DNA of 64,000 nt from Selaginella moellendorffii (Eukaryota; Plantae; Lycopodiophyta), in contig NW_003314361.1 of assembly GCF_000143415.4 (NCBI RefSeq), positions 124,001 through 188,000 on the forward strand, given 5' to 3'. Made by a program: the position numbers and the translations under genes. Each line of letters opens with the position of its first letter. Positions within the stretch are counted from its first letter, which is position 1. This document shows, in pieces, positions 24,185 to 36,162 of the stretch. The notes beneath the pieces are model-generated. The model was not told where the DNA came from. It saw only the letters and a list, made by a program, of their open reading frames with translations, and made no database searches.

Positions 24185-26820
24185 ATGATTTGCTCGGCGA
24201 TGGTGGCGGTGTGGTGGCTGGCAGCAGCAGCGGTGCTGGTGCTGCTGGTAGAGCACGCACTGGCCCTGAATTCGGACGGGTTGAGCCTGGTGGCATTCAA
24301 GCGCGGCATCTTCAGCGACCCCGAGAGAGCGCTGTCGGACTGGGACGAGTCGGACGCCACCCCGTGCCGGTGGAGCGGCATTAGCTGCACCAGCATTCGT
24401 GGCGAGTCGGAGCCGCGCGTGCAGGGCGTCATGCTGGCCAAGAAGCAGCTGGTGGGATCCATGTCGCCCGACCTGGGCTCGCTCTCCTACCTCGAGCACC
24501 TCAACCTCCGCCAGAACCAGCTCATTGGGGGTCTCCCGCCCGCGCTCTTCAACGCCTCGGCCCTCCAGACGCTCCTCCTCTCCGACAATGATCTCTCGGG
24601 GCCCCTGCCCGCCTCCATGTGCGGCACCGCCGCCAGCCTCGACACGCTCGATCTGTCGGGCAACGGCTTCTCGGCCACCATACCCGACTCCATCGCCTCG
24701 TGCACCGCCCTCCACTCGCTCGTCCTCAGCGGCAACCGCCTCACGGGTGGCATTCCTCTGGGGCTGTCCCGGGCGCCACTCCTCCGCCTGGATCTCTCCA
24801 GCAACCGGCTGACGGGCGCCATCCCCGACGACCTTGGCGGCTTGCTCCAGCTCCAAGGCACGCTCAACCTCTCGGACAACAACCTCTCGGGCCCGATCCC
24901 GCCATCGCTGGGCAGGCTCCCGATCTCTCTCAGCATAGATCTCAGCTTCAACAATCTGTCGGGTCCCATTCCACTCAACGGCACGCTGTCCAACCAAGGA
25001 CCCACTGCCTTCCTCGGCAACCCGGGCCTCTGTGGGCTCCCGCTCAAGACCAAGTGCGACGACGCCGCCACCACCCCGCACGGCGTGTTTGGAGGTGGAG
25101 GTCCATCGGGCTCTGGCCCGCCTAGCACGAGTGCGGGCACGAGCACGAACACCAACACGAGCACGGCCTCCACCCGCAACAGTGGTGGCCGGCTTGGCAC
25201 CAAGCAGGTTGTAGCCATCGCTGTGGGCGACTCAGTGGGCATCTTGGTCATTGCTTGCGCTCTCACGTACTGCCTCTACTGTAGGAGGAATGGCAAGGGG
25301 TCCAAGACATCCAGCTGCAACAGCATCGGTCATCGATGCTGGCCATGCTGCTCCTGCTGCTGCTGTGCCAGCGCTAGAGGTGACAGGTCGGAGTCGGAGG
25401 ACACGGACAATGAGGAAGGTGGCGGCAACAACGCCAGCATGCACAAGCATCGCGTGGTCGGCAGCGAGAGTGGCGAGCTGGTGCACTTCGACCAGGAGTC
25501 CGAGAAGCAGTTCGATCTGGATGCGCTCCTGCGCGCGTCTGCCTACGTGCTTGGCAAGGGCAGCTCCGGCATTGTGTACAAGGCCGTCATGGATGGCGGC
25601 CTCACGGTGGTGGTCCGAAGGCTGGGAGCGGAGGGAGAATTTGGAGCGGGCGTGGATGCCACCACCAGCAACCCCGCCTCTAAGAAGGTGGTCAAGGAGT
25701 TTGAGTCGGAGGTGAAAGCAATCGGCTCCCTGTGCCACCCCAACGTCGTTGCATTGCGAGCCTACTACTGGGGAATGAACGAGAAGCTGCTCGTCTACGA
25801 CTTCATGCCCAATGGGAGCTTGGCAGCCGCCATGGAGCAGCACCAACAGCACTGGATCCGCTTGCAAGACAGCACCCAGCACCAGCAGCAACAAGGTACG
25901 AAGATGATGATTTGGATTTGTTCCCTCACTCACTCCTGCACACACGCACAGCAGCGATCTCGGCAGCGGACGACGAGTGGCTTCTGTCGTGGCCGCAGAG
26001 GCTGAGCATCGCCAAGGACGTAGCTCGCGGCCTGTCCTTCCTCCACGACGGCACGGCAGCACGCATGAGAAACATCCACGGTAATCTCAAGCCGTCCAAC
26101 ATACTGCTGGATGCCAACCGCGCGGCCCGCATTGCCGACTTCGGTGTCGTGCGGCTCACCGAGATCCTGGCCTGCCACGACACTCTCTCCTCCTCCACGT
26201 CCTCCCTGCGCTCGGACGTGGCGCCTGGCAACAGGTCCTCCAGGTCCAACGTGGACGTCCCCACCGCCGTGGACCAGCACCTGGACGTGGGTCCATCCTG
26301 CGGCGGTAGCAGCTCCAGCCTGAGCTTGTACTCGGCCACCGCGTCCATCTACCGGCCACCCGAGGCGGCGCATCCCAACTCCCGGCCCACGCACAAGTGG
26401 GACGTCTACTCGTTCGGTGTGATCGTCATGGAGATGTTAACCGGCTCGGCATCTGCGCACCTGGCCTCTTCGGACGTGGACATGGTGCTGGCCGTGAGGA
26501 GGATGCTGCTGTCTTCCTCCTCCAAATACTCCGTTGCAAGCTTCGATGGGGATCCGCTCTTGAAGCCACCTGCTGCTCCGCACGGTGGTGTCGATTCATC
26601 AAACAGTGCGAGCAGTACGAGCAGCAGTAATGCCAATGCCACAGGGAGCAGCAGTAGCAGCAACAACATGACAACGACGATGCTCATGGCTGGCATCCGT
26701 GCCGAAGCGGAGGCCATGGAGCTACTGCAGCTGGCTCTGCGCTGCGTCTCTTCGTCTCCAGAGCAGCGGCCCAAGATGAAGCATGTCGTCGAGTCCCTGT
26801 CCAAAGTTGGTACCACCTGA
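24185..26820 (+). CDS. LRR receptor-like kinase, LRR-III type (ZAR1-like), probably catalytically impaired; 2 exons
   Basis: Signal peptide, LRRNT (PCRWSGISC), LRRs, FLGNPGLCG, TM, FDLDALLRASAYVLGKG, VVVRRLG, HGNLKPSNILL, DFG, KWDVYSFG. Intron ~25896-25953. Confidence 0.92.
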
Positions 26821-26862
26821 TGGTGATCAAATTCAATTCCCCCTCGAGCGGGGCCGGCCACC

Positions 26863-29800
26863 TCAGCCGGATGCATACGTGTTCGCCATGAGCACGTAAG
26901 CTGCGCTATCACGGTCGTCCAGTTTCTGTATCGCCTCGAACGCCACCTTTGCTGCCTCAACATTCTTCCACCTCTGGCACGACGCCAGCAGACTCTTCCA
27001 CACGCTCAATCCCTTCACCGGCATCTCCATTGCCAACGCAGCCGCTTCCTCTAGGCGATTAGAACGCCCCAGCAAGTCCACCATGCAGCTGTAGTGCTCG
27101 TACCAGGGAGCAATGCTGAAGCGCGGGGAGGCCATGAGTTGGAAGTAGTGCTTCCCCTGGTCGACCAGGCCCGCGCGCCCGCATGCCGTGAGGAGCGACA
27201 GGAAGGTGAAACCGTCCACCTGCAAGCGTCGCTCCAGCATATCGTCAAAGAGGCCAAACACGCGCTGTGCGTCTCCCTGGTGGCTGTAACCCGTCATGAG
27301 TGAGTTCCATGCCACAGACTCCTTGGCAAGGAATGCAGCCGAGGAGTCGAATATGTGTTGGGCGTCCACCATGCTCCCGCACTTGCCAAAGAAACTGATT
27401 AGAGAGCTTGCTACCAGGACGTTCTTCTCCTCCATCAGTCCGGAACCGCGCACCTCGTCGGAAATCGTCCGTCCGGCCTCCAAGTCCCCTTTGCTGCCAC
27501 AGGCTTGGAGTGCTCCAGCGTAAGTCAGAGCATCCGGTCTAACCCCTTGGCGTTTCATGCGTGAGAAGAGCTGCATCGCGCAGTCAGGCTCGCCGTTATG
27601 AGCACAGCCAAGAATGATGGCATTCCAGGTAACAAGGTTGACGTTGCGCTCGGGCATCCGGTCGAAAACCTCCAGTGCCTCTCGTGTGCTCCCACATTTG
27701 CTATACGCATCGATGAGGCTACTTCCCAAAAATGCATCAAGCTCAGGTCCATTGTCAACAAGCTGCGAGTGGAGACCCCTGACCTCCTCCAAGTAGCATG
27801 CTTTTACGTCCTCTCCGCCACCAGGACCTGCTTTAGAAGCTCCACATGAGCAAGCACTTAGCGCAGCCATGAAAGTCCTGGAACTCGGTGTAAAGCCTTC
27901 GTCTTGCATGCGTCTAAACAAACTCAAAGCCTCTCCTCCATCACCGGCTTGAGCATAGCCAGATATCATCGCGTTCCAGCACGACACGTCACGGACTTGC
28001 AGCTTGTCAAAGACCTCCCGACCATCTGCTATGCTTCCACACTTCGCAAAGAAACCAACCATACTGCTCCCGAGAGTGCCATCGTTGTCTAACCCGGCGC
28101 TGCGGATCTCGGTCTGGATGCCTCTGCCGCGTTCCAAATCCCCGATGCTTCCACAGGCCTTGAGAACGGCAGCAAAAGTTCGAGCGTTTGGTAAAACACC
28201 CTCCGCTTTCATGCGTGCAAACGCGTCGAGCGCGGAGCGTGCGTCACCATTGTCAACATATCCCAGGACGAGCGCATTCCACGATCCGATGTCCCGGTGC
28301 TGCCGCGGCATTGCTTCAAACACCTGCCGAGCCTCGTCAAAAGCACCACACCTTGCATAGGCGTCGATCAGAGTGCTGCCTAGGAGGCCCGCTCCCTCCG
28401 TGCTCTTTGAAAGCCGAGAGTGAATGTCCCTTACTCGTTTCAAAAGCTCTGGCTTGGAACGCCCGCTTGAGTTTGCACACCCGTTGAGCACAGCGGCAAA
28501 AGTTCCAGAGCCGGGTAAGTATCCTTCGTCTTGCATGCGCTGAAACAAAATATGAGATGCGTCACCGTGTCCACAAGAAGCACAGCCTTGGATCATGGCG
28601 TTCCACAACACTTGATCGTGCGAAGGCATGCTGTCGAATACTTGAAACGCATCGTCGAGCCTGCCGCATGCCGAGTACATCTCCAAGAGAGTGCTCGCAA
28701 CGTACACGTCCGCCTCCACCCCTCTCCTGACAAGCTGGGAGTGAATACCCCTTCGCTTGTCTACGCTTCCAGCTTTGTGTTCTTCACAGGCGCAGGCCTT
28801 GAGCACAGCAACGAACGTCCGGGCATCTGGCTCGCAGCTCTCCTCTTTCATTGCCGAAAAGGCTTCAAGGCACTTGTCGCCATGTCCGTTCCGAGAGTAA
28901 GCCATAAGCATGCTGTTCCAAAGAACCGTGTCCCGGTGCACCACCTTGTCAAAGACGGAGCGAGCATCCGTGAGTGCTCCACACTTCGAATACATGTCCA
29001 CCAAACTGTTCGCTACAAACACATCCAGAACGTGGCCACTCTCTACAATGCGGGCGTGTAGAGCTCGCCCCTTTTCGAGAGCAGCCGTCTTGACAAGCCT
29101 GGCGTTGCCACCTCCGCCGTCAAGCTGATAGCATCCTTGCTCCGTGGTAGCAAGGGAAATGCAAGCTCCCAGGGCCGCCACAAACGTAGCAGCATTTGCC
29201 TGGACGCCTCCACAGCGTTGCATGCGTTCCACCATCTCCAACGCGGTGTGCCAGTCGCTAGCCTCGTCGCTGCGTGCGTACGCCCCGATCATGGCATTCC
29301 ATAGAACCACATCACGATTTACCGTTCTCTCAAAGATCCTGCGCGCTTCCGCCAACTCGCCACCTCTCGAGAACAAATCCACCAGCGCGCTTGCAACAAA
29401 CACGTCTGCCTCGAGCCCGGACTTTGAAACAAGGGAATGGACAGCTCTCCCATGCTCCATCGCCATCATCTTCTTCTGCCCCTTGCTCGTATCCTCGAGC
29501 AGGAGAGCAGTGCAAGCCTTGAGAGCAGCCAGGAGAGTCCGAGCGTCGGGCAAGAAGCCTTGGTTTCGCATCTGGCCAAACAGTCGCAGAGCAACGTGCG
29601 CTTGGCCGCCGCGAGCACAGCCCATGATGAGAGAATTCCACGACACAACGCTGCGCTGCCGCATCCTCTCAAACGTTTGGCGTGCCAATGCCAAGCTGCC
29701 ACACTTGGCGTACATGTCCACCACACTGTTTGCCACCACCAGGCCCATGCCGCCCTCCTCCTCGCTGCCCCGCTCCTCCACCACCGAGCCATGGATTCTC

Positions 29801-29955
29801 ATTCCGCTTGTCAGGTCTCCCCGCCGCCCGCATTCTTGGAGCGCCGCCACAACCACTGACTCGCTTGGCGTCGCGCCCTGCGCCCGGATCTGCTCGTACA
29901 CTTGCAACGCATTGGCAGCGACGGACGTCCCCGCTCTCCCCCCTCGGCCCCTCAT
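26863..29955 (-). CDS. Long PLS-class PPR protein with E domain
   Basis: Repeated VANSLVDMY.KCG..AR.VF..vv.WN motifs; ends with HYSCMVDLLGRSNRL..WKSLLASC..SAAYVLMANTY. Start taken at MRGRGG (29955); the ORF is open to 30087. Confidence 0.9.
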   Translation of the reverse strand: MRGRGGRAGTSVAANALQVYEQIRAQGATPSESVVVAALQECGRRGDLTSGMRIHGSVVEERGSEEEGGMGLVVANSVVDMYAKCGSLALARQTFERMRQRSVVSWNSLIMGCARGGQAHVALRLFGQMRNQGFLPDARTLLAALKACTALLLEDTSKGQKKMMAMEHGRAVHSLVSKSGLEADVFVASALVDLFSRGGELAEARRIFERTVNRDVVLWNAMIGAYARSDEASDWHTALEMVERMQRCGGVQANAATFVAALGACISLATTEQGCYQLDGGGGNARLVKTAALEKGRALHARIVESGHVLDVFVANSLVDMYSKCGALTDARSVFDKVVHRDTVLWNSMLMAYSRNGHGDKCLEAFSAMKEESCEPDARTFVAVLKACACEEHKAGSVDKRRGIHSQLVRRGVEADVYVASTLLEMYSACGRLDDAFQVFDSMPSHDQVLWNAMIQGCASCGHGDASHILFQRMQDEGYLPGSGTFAAVLNGCANSSGRSKPELLKRVRDIHSRLSKSTEGAGLLGSTLIDAYARCGAFDEARQVFEAMPRQHRDIGSWNALVLGYVDNGDARSALDAFARMKAEGVLPNARTFAAVLKACGSIGDLERGRGIQTEIRSAGLDNDGTLGSSMVGFFAKCGSIADGREVFDKLQVRDVSCWNAMISGYAQAGDGGEALSLFRRMQDEGFTPSSRTFMAALSACSCGASKAGPGGGEDVKACYLEEVRGLHSQLVDNGPELDAFLGSSLIDAYSKCGSTREALEVFDRMPERNVNLVTWNAIILGCAHNGEPDCAMQLFSRMKRQGVRPDALTYAGALQACGSKGDLEAGRTISDEVRGSGLMEEKNVLVASSLISFFGKCGSMVDAQHIFDSSAAFLAKESVAWNSLMTGYSHQGDAQRVFGLFDDMLERRLQVDGFTFLSLLTACGRAGLVDQGKHYFQLMASPRFSIAPWYEHYSCMVDLLGRSNRLEEAAALAMEMPVKGLSVWKSLLASCQRWKNVEAAKVAFEAIQKLDDRDSAAYVLMANTYASG

Positions 29956-30923
29956 CTTCGCACACCATACCTTCGTCTTCCTGGTCCACTCAGCCCTAAC
30001 TTGGCAGCGCGTTGGTGGAATTGAATTGTGGTACCTTTGCTGGAAATTTGTTGTTATAATAAACAAAAAATGTGTGAAAAATGACACGAAGACGAATCCT
30101 GATTGAGGATGCTCAGTCCATTTTTAGCTCACCAAATCGAAAACAAATTTTCTACCGTTTCTCAACACATACACCATATCTATAATCCAATAGTAATAAA
30201 ATGCACCCTCTTGTTCATTATCATGCTCATCCTTGTAAGCTCAAGCTTCCCCGTACAGATCTATATGATTCTCACCTCGGAAACAAATTCCAGGCAATGT
30301 CTACATCCTCGTAGTATCCAGATTGGTAATCACAGTTGATAATGCCACTCTCATAGCAGAGAAGTCCTCATGTTTGTCCCATGTCTTCCTCACAATCTTA
30401 TGGTTTGAATACCAAAACTTCTCTTCATGCTCAAGAGGCTCCCGGGGCGATAAAGCCAAACAATATATCTTCGAAGTCGCTGGAGGCACTTTGATCAAAA
30501 GGTCGTGACCATGGTAGTAACTCGCAACCCTGAGGGAATGAGAATCCCGTACTCCAACCTTGATTGCGTGTTGCCAGCAAATATAACCCCTGAGATCTGG
30601 AATGTATGCAGAGCTATATGAATCTGCAGCTCTTCTCTCTAAAAATGTTGTCACTACATTTATAATTTGATTCCCGACCACCATAACCATGCTTGCAGAC
30701 AAGGCCACCCTTAAAGGCAGCAACATTGGACAAATTTCCAAATTGAAATCCCATGGCAACCTCGGCAAAATAGTTCTCCGCTTTAGATTTCAGATTCGAA
30801 ATTTGGGAAGATGCAGTCAATTGTGTCGATCACGAACTAACTTGCGAGGCTAAAAGACCTTGAATACGTCCGGCACGACTGTGGGTGAAGTAATACATAC
30901 CACTTTTTTTTATGGTCTCCTTG

Positions 30924-31940
30924 TTATGCAAGTTTCGGAACCGGCGTCACTTTCTTTGGTGGTGGGTTGCCGCCGGCAAGAAAAACATAGCAGAAAAACC
31001 CGAGCATAGCTCCGCTACATGAACAACATCTCAGTTAGAAAAACAATCCAGGCCTATGGTAGGAGACTCACCTCACGAGTGAAGCCAGCATTGGCAGTAG
31101 AGACACTCTCTGGCGTGCTTTCCCAAGCTGCACGAGAAAAATCACAAACGCTATGGCTGCCAGGGAAAGAAGTCAGCCATGCCACCAGGAGGGCAATGGA
31201 AATGGAGCGCTAACCTGCCTGGCCCTGAACGTAAGACATGGAGGACTTTCCCTTCTTCCAGGCGTTTAAGCTGGAGACGCTGAGCATCAAGAGAAGACCG
31301 CCCAAGACGAGGCCGACTTGTATAGCCCAAGCGCTGCCAGTGAGTATGAACGAGGCGACACCACTCGCAACAAGGACTCCTCCTGCGGATCAAAGAGCAA
31401 AGCTTATATATAAGAGAAAAGACGCTTATAAGAGGGAAATAGAAATAAGCTATCACCCACACCATATGGGATGCCCAGGCAAAAGTCGTGGAGCTTGGCC
31501 CCCTTGGAGTGTTTCTCGTTGCCCGCCGCGTCCAGGATGTCTTTGACGCGATGGAGGCTGTGATCCACGGCCTGCTCATCCTCCTCCTCGCCCAGCAACG
31601 CCGCAGTCACACCAAAATCCCCTTGATCTTCGGTCAAGACACTAGGGTCTACAGAGTCGATCCGGCCAGAATGATCGTCCAATTCGTCCCCGGATCCTGA
31701 TCCTGAGGCCTTGGAGGATGCCAAGTCATATGGGGATGGATGAAGGCTCGCTCATTCTTTTCTTAGACTTACCATGTCCGAGTCGTGATCCAGGGAAAAG
31801 CGCGAGAATTGGGAGCTCCATCGAAATGTAGTGGAACAAGGGCGCAGCTGGAGCTTGCGGAGAGGGATGGAGCGCGATCGAGAGATGGATCGAGTATAGC
31901 CGAGCCCTACCGGCAGTGGCCTCAGTCCAAGTGCCTCCAT
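30924..31940 (-). CDS. FAX1: FATTY ACID EXPORT 1-like plastid Tmemb_14 protein; multi-exon
   Basis: Transit-like MEALGLRPLPVG.., AKLHDFCLGIPYG, SLNAWKKGKSS, last exon AMLGFFCYVFLAGGNPPPKK*. Confidence 0.85.
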
Positions 31941-32056
31941 TCCGGGAATCGAATGAATCGACGGCCGCGATTTGCTGGATTAAAGCGCTGGGTATATTCT
32001 TTGGCATACAACGGCTCATTTCTTACTAGGGCTAGGGTTTAAGGCACGGCGCGGCT

Positions 32057-32694
32057 ATGGAGTTTTGGGGTAAGCGCGAGCGCTGCTAGAGAAGGCGAAG
32101 GCGAAAAAGCTTAATCCTTTTCTTGTTGCAGGCGTCAAGGTCTTACCATCCAAGTCTATCAAGTGCCCAGTGGAGGATTCGAGCTATTTGCACATCTCGA
32201 ATGTAAGCCAAGATCAAGCTGGACGAAACCCCGTGTAACGTGTTTGTTTTGCAGGCTGCTTTGGGCGAGGTGGGATCATCCGCCAAGAATGAACGCGTGA
32301 TCTTGCGACTTAAGACGCAAGGCGAGGAGATTGTTTTGGGCACGCTCATACCCGGCCAACGCGATCATATTGCGCTAGACTTGATCATTAGCAAGTCTTT
32401 CCAGCTCTCGCACAACAGCAGTACGCTGGCTGTGCACTTCTCGGGCTACAGAACGGAAGGGTCGGGTAAGAGAACGTTTTTTTCGCCCTGACCAGCGGAC
32501 GCACTTACATCTGGAATGTTTACAGGCGAGCTTCAGGAGCTGGATAGGGAACATGACCGTGGTGTCCGGAAGGAAAACGGTGTGTTATCTTGTTTAACTA
32601 CCATCTGCTCTTCTCATGCGCTTGGTTCTTGCACAGGAAATGTCAAAGTTCCGTTAGGCTCGAGCGATAGCGAGAGCGACAGCGATGACGATGA

Positions 32695-32727
<33 letters not shown>

Positions 32728-33523
32728 TGATGATGAGGACGACGATGAGGTCAACGCGAAGGATCTTGCCTTGCGGCAAGCGATGGTGCGTTCCTTAGGT
32801 TCGTAACTTTTTTAAGCGGAAAAAAAGTTCTTGCAGATGGAAAGTGATGACGACGACGACGACGACGACATTGATGAGGACGACGATGATGACGACGACG
32901 ACGATGACGATGATGACGACGATGAGGAAATTGATGAGGAGGATCTTAGAGCTCGCCTGGTACGCAAAGTCTCACATGTTAAAAACGTGTAGCCTACAAT
33001 GTTATTTGCAGATGGGAAAGAAGAGAGCTCCGGCAGCTCTTACGCCACCGGCTCAAAAGAAGATCAAAACGCCATCAGGGAAAACGCCAACAGCACCAAA
33101 GTCAGGTAAGAAAGATTTACCAGCCGCTGAGGCTGTGGCAAAGACTCCAAAGTCCTCGGGCAAAAAGGAGAAGGACAAGAAAAAGGAAAAGGCGACTCCT
33201 GCTACTCCTAATTCGGAGACGAAGAAGGTGAAGTAAAGCTTATCGTTTATATTTCGGCCTAACGTTGGACTTCTGCTTTTAGGCTGGCGGGCAACATCAC
33301 TGCGGCATATGTTCGCGGTAAGCGAGTTCAGAGGTAGTACAGGGCAGTGCCGTGATGATTCTACATAATCTCGTTAATCGGACCTTTCGAGGGATGACGA
33401 GACTTCTGAGTCTGAGCACGCACTTTCTATCAGGAACTACTTGTTAACAGCTGCTTTCTTTGCTGCAGGAATTTTGCCAATGAGGCTGCTCTTACGCAAC
33501 ACAACACAGCGAAGCATAAGTAG
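32057..33523 (+). CDS. HDT: HD2-type (HDT/HD-tuin) nucleoplasmin-like protein with C2H2 zinc finger; multi-exon
   Basis: MEFWG N-terminus, LHISN|AALG, LGTL, FQLSHN...VHFSGY, (GAC/GAT)n Asp tracts, KTP repeats, HHCGICSR|NFANEAALTQHNTAKH*. Confidence 0.92.
33347..33419 (+). ncRNA. U30: Intronic box C/D snoRNA, U30/SNORD30-type
   Basis: GTGC/GCAC terminal stem; box C GTGATGA 33352-33358; guide AATCTCGTTAAT 33367-33378 complementary to LSU rRNA AUUAACGAGAUU; D' CGGA; CCT-TTCG-AGG hairpin; C'-like GATGA; box D CTGA 33412-33415. It lies in the longest HDT intron. Confidence 0.8.
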
Positions 33524-33759
33524 TGTGAGGCAGAAGAGTTGTACGACACGCGAGTTAGTGTCTGCTCTTGGAGCAAGCAGATCACCGGCTAGGAGAAATC
33601 TTTGTTGCGTAACTAAGTTGTTATGATTTTTTTGGTTCCTTCTAATGCTTATAGCATTGTTTAACATTGAGCAAGTGGGCCTAATTCCTATCTGTTGTGG
33701 ACAAGATATTCTTAGGCTAAGATCACTATGTTGGTTTTTGAGTAGAGTAAGAAGTTTCC

Positions 33760-35159
33760 TCGGATCTGAGGATGGAGGGCTGTTTGATCTGATGCATCTG
33801 GTTTCGTGGAACACGATGATTACAGCGTACGGGCAGTCTCGCAAGTTTTTCACGCCAAAGATCTCTTTGACATGCTTCCGGAAAGGAGCGTGGTTTCGTG
33901 GACGTCTCTCATGACTGCATATGCCGGGGCGGGGGATTTGGAGAAAGTTTGACAGATTTTCTCCGAGATGACTGAAAGGACTGTCATCACGTGGAGCGCG
34001 CTCCTGGTCTCTCTGAGGCGAGAAAAGTCTTTGAACGGACTCCGAAGCACACGGTTGTCTCGTGGTCGTCGTTCATGGCGGCGTATGCTCTGTCGGGGCA
34101 TATTGAGTACGATCTCCGTGATGCCTCAGCGAGACATTGTTTCATGGTCAGTTATGGTCGCCACCAGAACTTCCAGCAACGCTTATCGAGTGTTTACAAG
34201 AATGCCAAGGTGGAACCACACTGCATGGAACAGCATGGTTCTAGCGTATGCCTCAGACGGGCATTTGGAAAAATCCCGGGAGCTATTTGATTCAATGCAT
34301 CATCGCCGCGTGCTCCCTCTCCCAGGGCAAAGATCTCTTTGACAGGATGCGTCCCCGCAACAAGATGGCATGGAACAACTCTTGTCGCTGCCAATTGCGA
34401 CAAGGGCTGTCTCAACGAGGCAAAGGCGGTGCTCTCCAAAACGTCGTGTCGTGGAACACATTGGTGACGGCCTATGCCAAGTCCGGGAGCTGCGAGGGAG
34501 CGCTCGAGGCCTTCCACTCCATGCCCGAGCTCGATTCAGTCTCCTGGAACGCAGGCCTTCACTATCTCCGGCGAGAGAGATCTTCGAGCTCATGCGCCAG
34601 AGGAACTCCATGGCGTGGTCGATGATGATCCAGAAGTACGCTCACTGCGGCAAAATCCACGAAGCATTCGCAAGGAATCCCGAGCACACGACGGTGACTT
34701 GGAACTGTATGATCGCGGGCCTCACCTCCAGCGGGAGCTTTCACCAGGTGCTCCATTTCTTCCATGAGATGCTCGAAGGCTGGCCTCCAAACGAGAGGTT
34801 CTCGCTTCGTGCAGCCAGAGCAATAGCTTGAGCCTGTGCAAGCACTATTCGAGGGCATGGTGGCGGAGTTTGGCGTGGAGTTTAGCATCGATCACTACCG
34901 CTCGTCGTGGATACGTTTGGGAGCTTGGCAAGGCCGAGGCGCTCGTCAACTCCATGCCCTTCGTCCCCGACTATGTGTCGTGGAAGACGCTGCTGGGAGC
35001 GTGTAGAACGCACTCGGACTCGGAGAGAGCTCGGAGTGCGAGCAAGTTTTTGCTCGAGGGGGCCGCTGCTCCAGAAAGGGATTCCACTCTTTACATTCTG
35101 CTGTCCAACATCGCGCGATCCACTCCTAGCGAGGGGATGAAAGTTTCTTGCTCTTGGTG
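33760..35159 (+). pseudogene. PPR-E pseudogene (multiple frameshifts and stops)
   Basis: Fragments LVSWNTMITAYGQ, NVVSWNTLVTAYAKSG and AEALVNSMPFVPDYVSWKTLLGACRTH..YILLSNI are spread over three frames. Confidence 0.85.
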
Positions 35160-35589
35160 AAAATGTATCATGTAAGGTACTAAGGTGCCGCGATGCTTGG
35201 TTTCGAGCCAGATAGCTCGCGAGCGGCGGTGAGCGCTCGAGTATTCTGGACAATGTAGTAAAGCTCTCAACCGGTGGAGAGAAGCCCACGAAAGTTTGAA
35301 GCGTCTGTTAGACGCTGGGATCAACCAGACACTTGATTGTGAGCATTCCGTCGGTGGAGAAAAAAAGTATGTGAATCAAGATGAGAAGAGAAGCTCCTTG
35401 TTTGTCACGTGGACTGGCCGAGTGAAGTAAAACGCATCCATGGACGAGAGCTGCGAGCTCGTTGAGTTCGTAAAGGTCGTCCGCCCGAAACGGAAAACAG
35501 TTTGGCCGATCAGCTAGCAACAGCACAATCAACAAGAAGCAGCAACGAATTTGACGAATAGTAGCAATGAGCTTTTACCTTGGGTTCAG

Positions 35590-36162
35590 TAGAACATCGG
35601 GAAGGAGTCCACAGTCGGCACAACCTTCCTTAGATCAGTGATCATAAGCGTAGTTGCCACGGGATTTGGATAATTCCCATAACACCACTGGTATTGTGTC
35701 ACCAAGGTTGTCTACAAAGACGGAAATATTGTCAATAATGAATTCTCTCTGTTTTCCATTCTGATCGTACCTTCAGAGCGAACAAGTCTCCCAAGGATCT
35801 AAAGCGAAAGACTTGATCCTCACAGGGGTACCCAGCTGGTAATCGACTGCATCCGGCGGCATTCGAGAAAGCCTGTAGGATTTGTGCCTTACCCTGCTTT
35901 GGCCCGGCAATCCTTTGAAGCTCGGCAGGATTCCACACTATTACCAGAATTGGATCCTCGTCCTTGCCGCTGCTCTCCATGAGATGAAGGACTGCTGCCT
36001 TGAGGTCGCCTGTGATGTTGAAGCGTCGAAAAATCTCTGCGATCCTCCCATTCAGCATGATGCCTGCAACAGCAAAGCAACAGCAACAGCAAATTAACAC
36101 CTTTGAAACACACAAAGCTCACACAGCCTGCGCACCACATTCGTCCAGCACAGTGACGCCAT
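35590..36162 (-). CDS. Hypothetical spliced gene, possibly a degenerate NYN-like domain
   Basis: ATG after a telo-box and plausible GT-AG introns. QWCYGNYPNPVATTLMITD weakly resembles the NYN motif Wa.dnp.Pa.lmLISgD. Confidence 0.3.

Noticed and set aside
32683-32940. (GAC/GAT)n arrays as a possible satellite or CRISPR-like array
   Set aside because: They encode the Asp-rich acidic tract of HDT. There is no repeat-spacer structure anywhere in the window.
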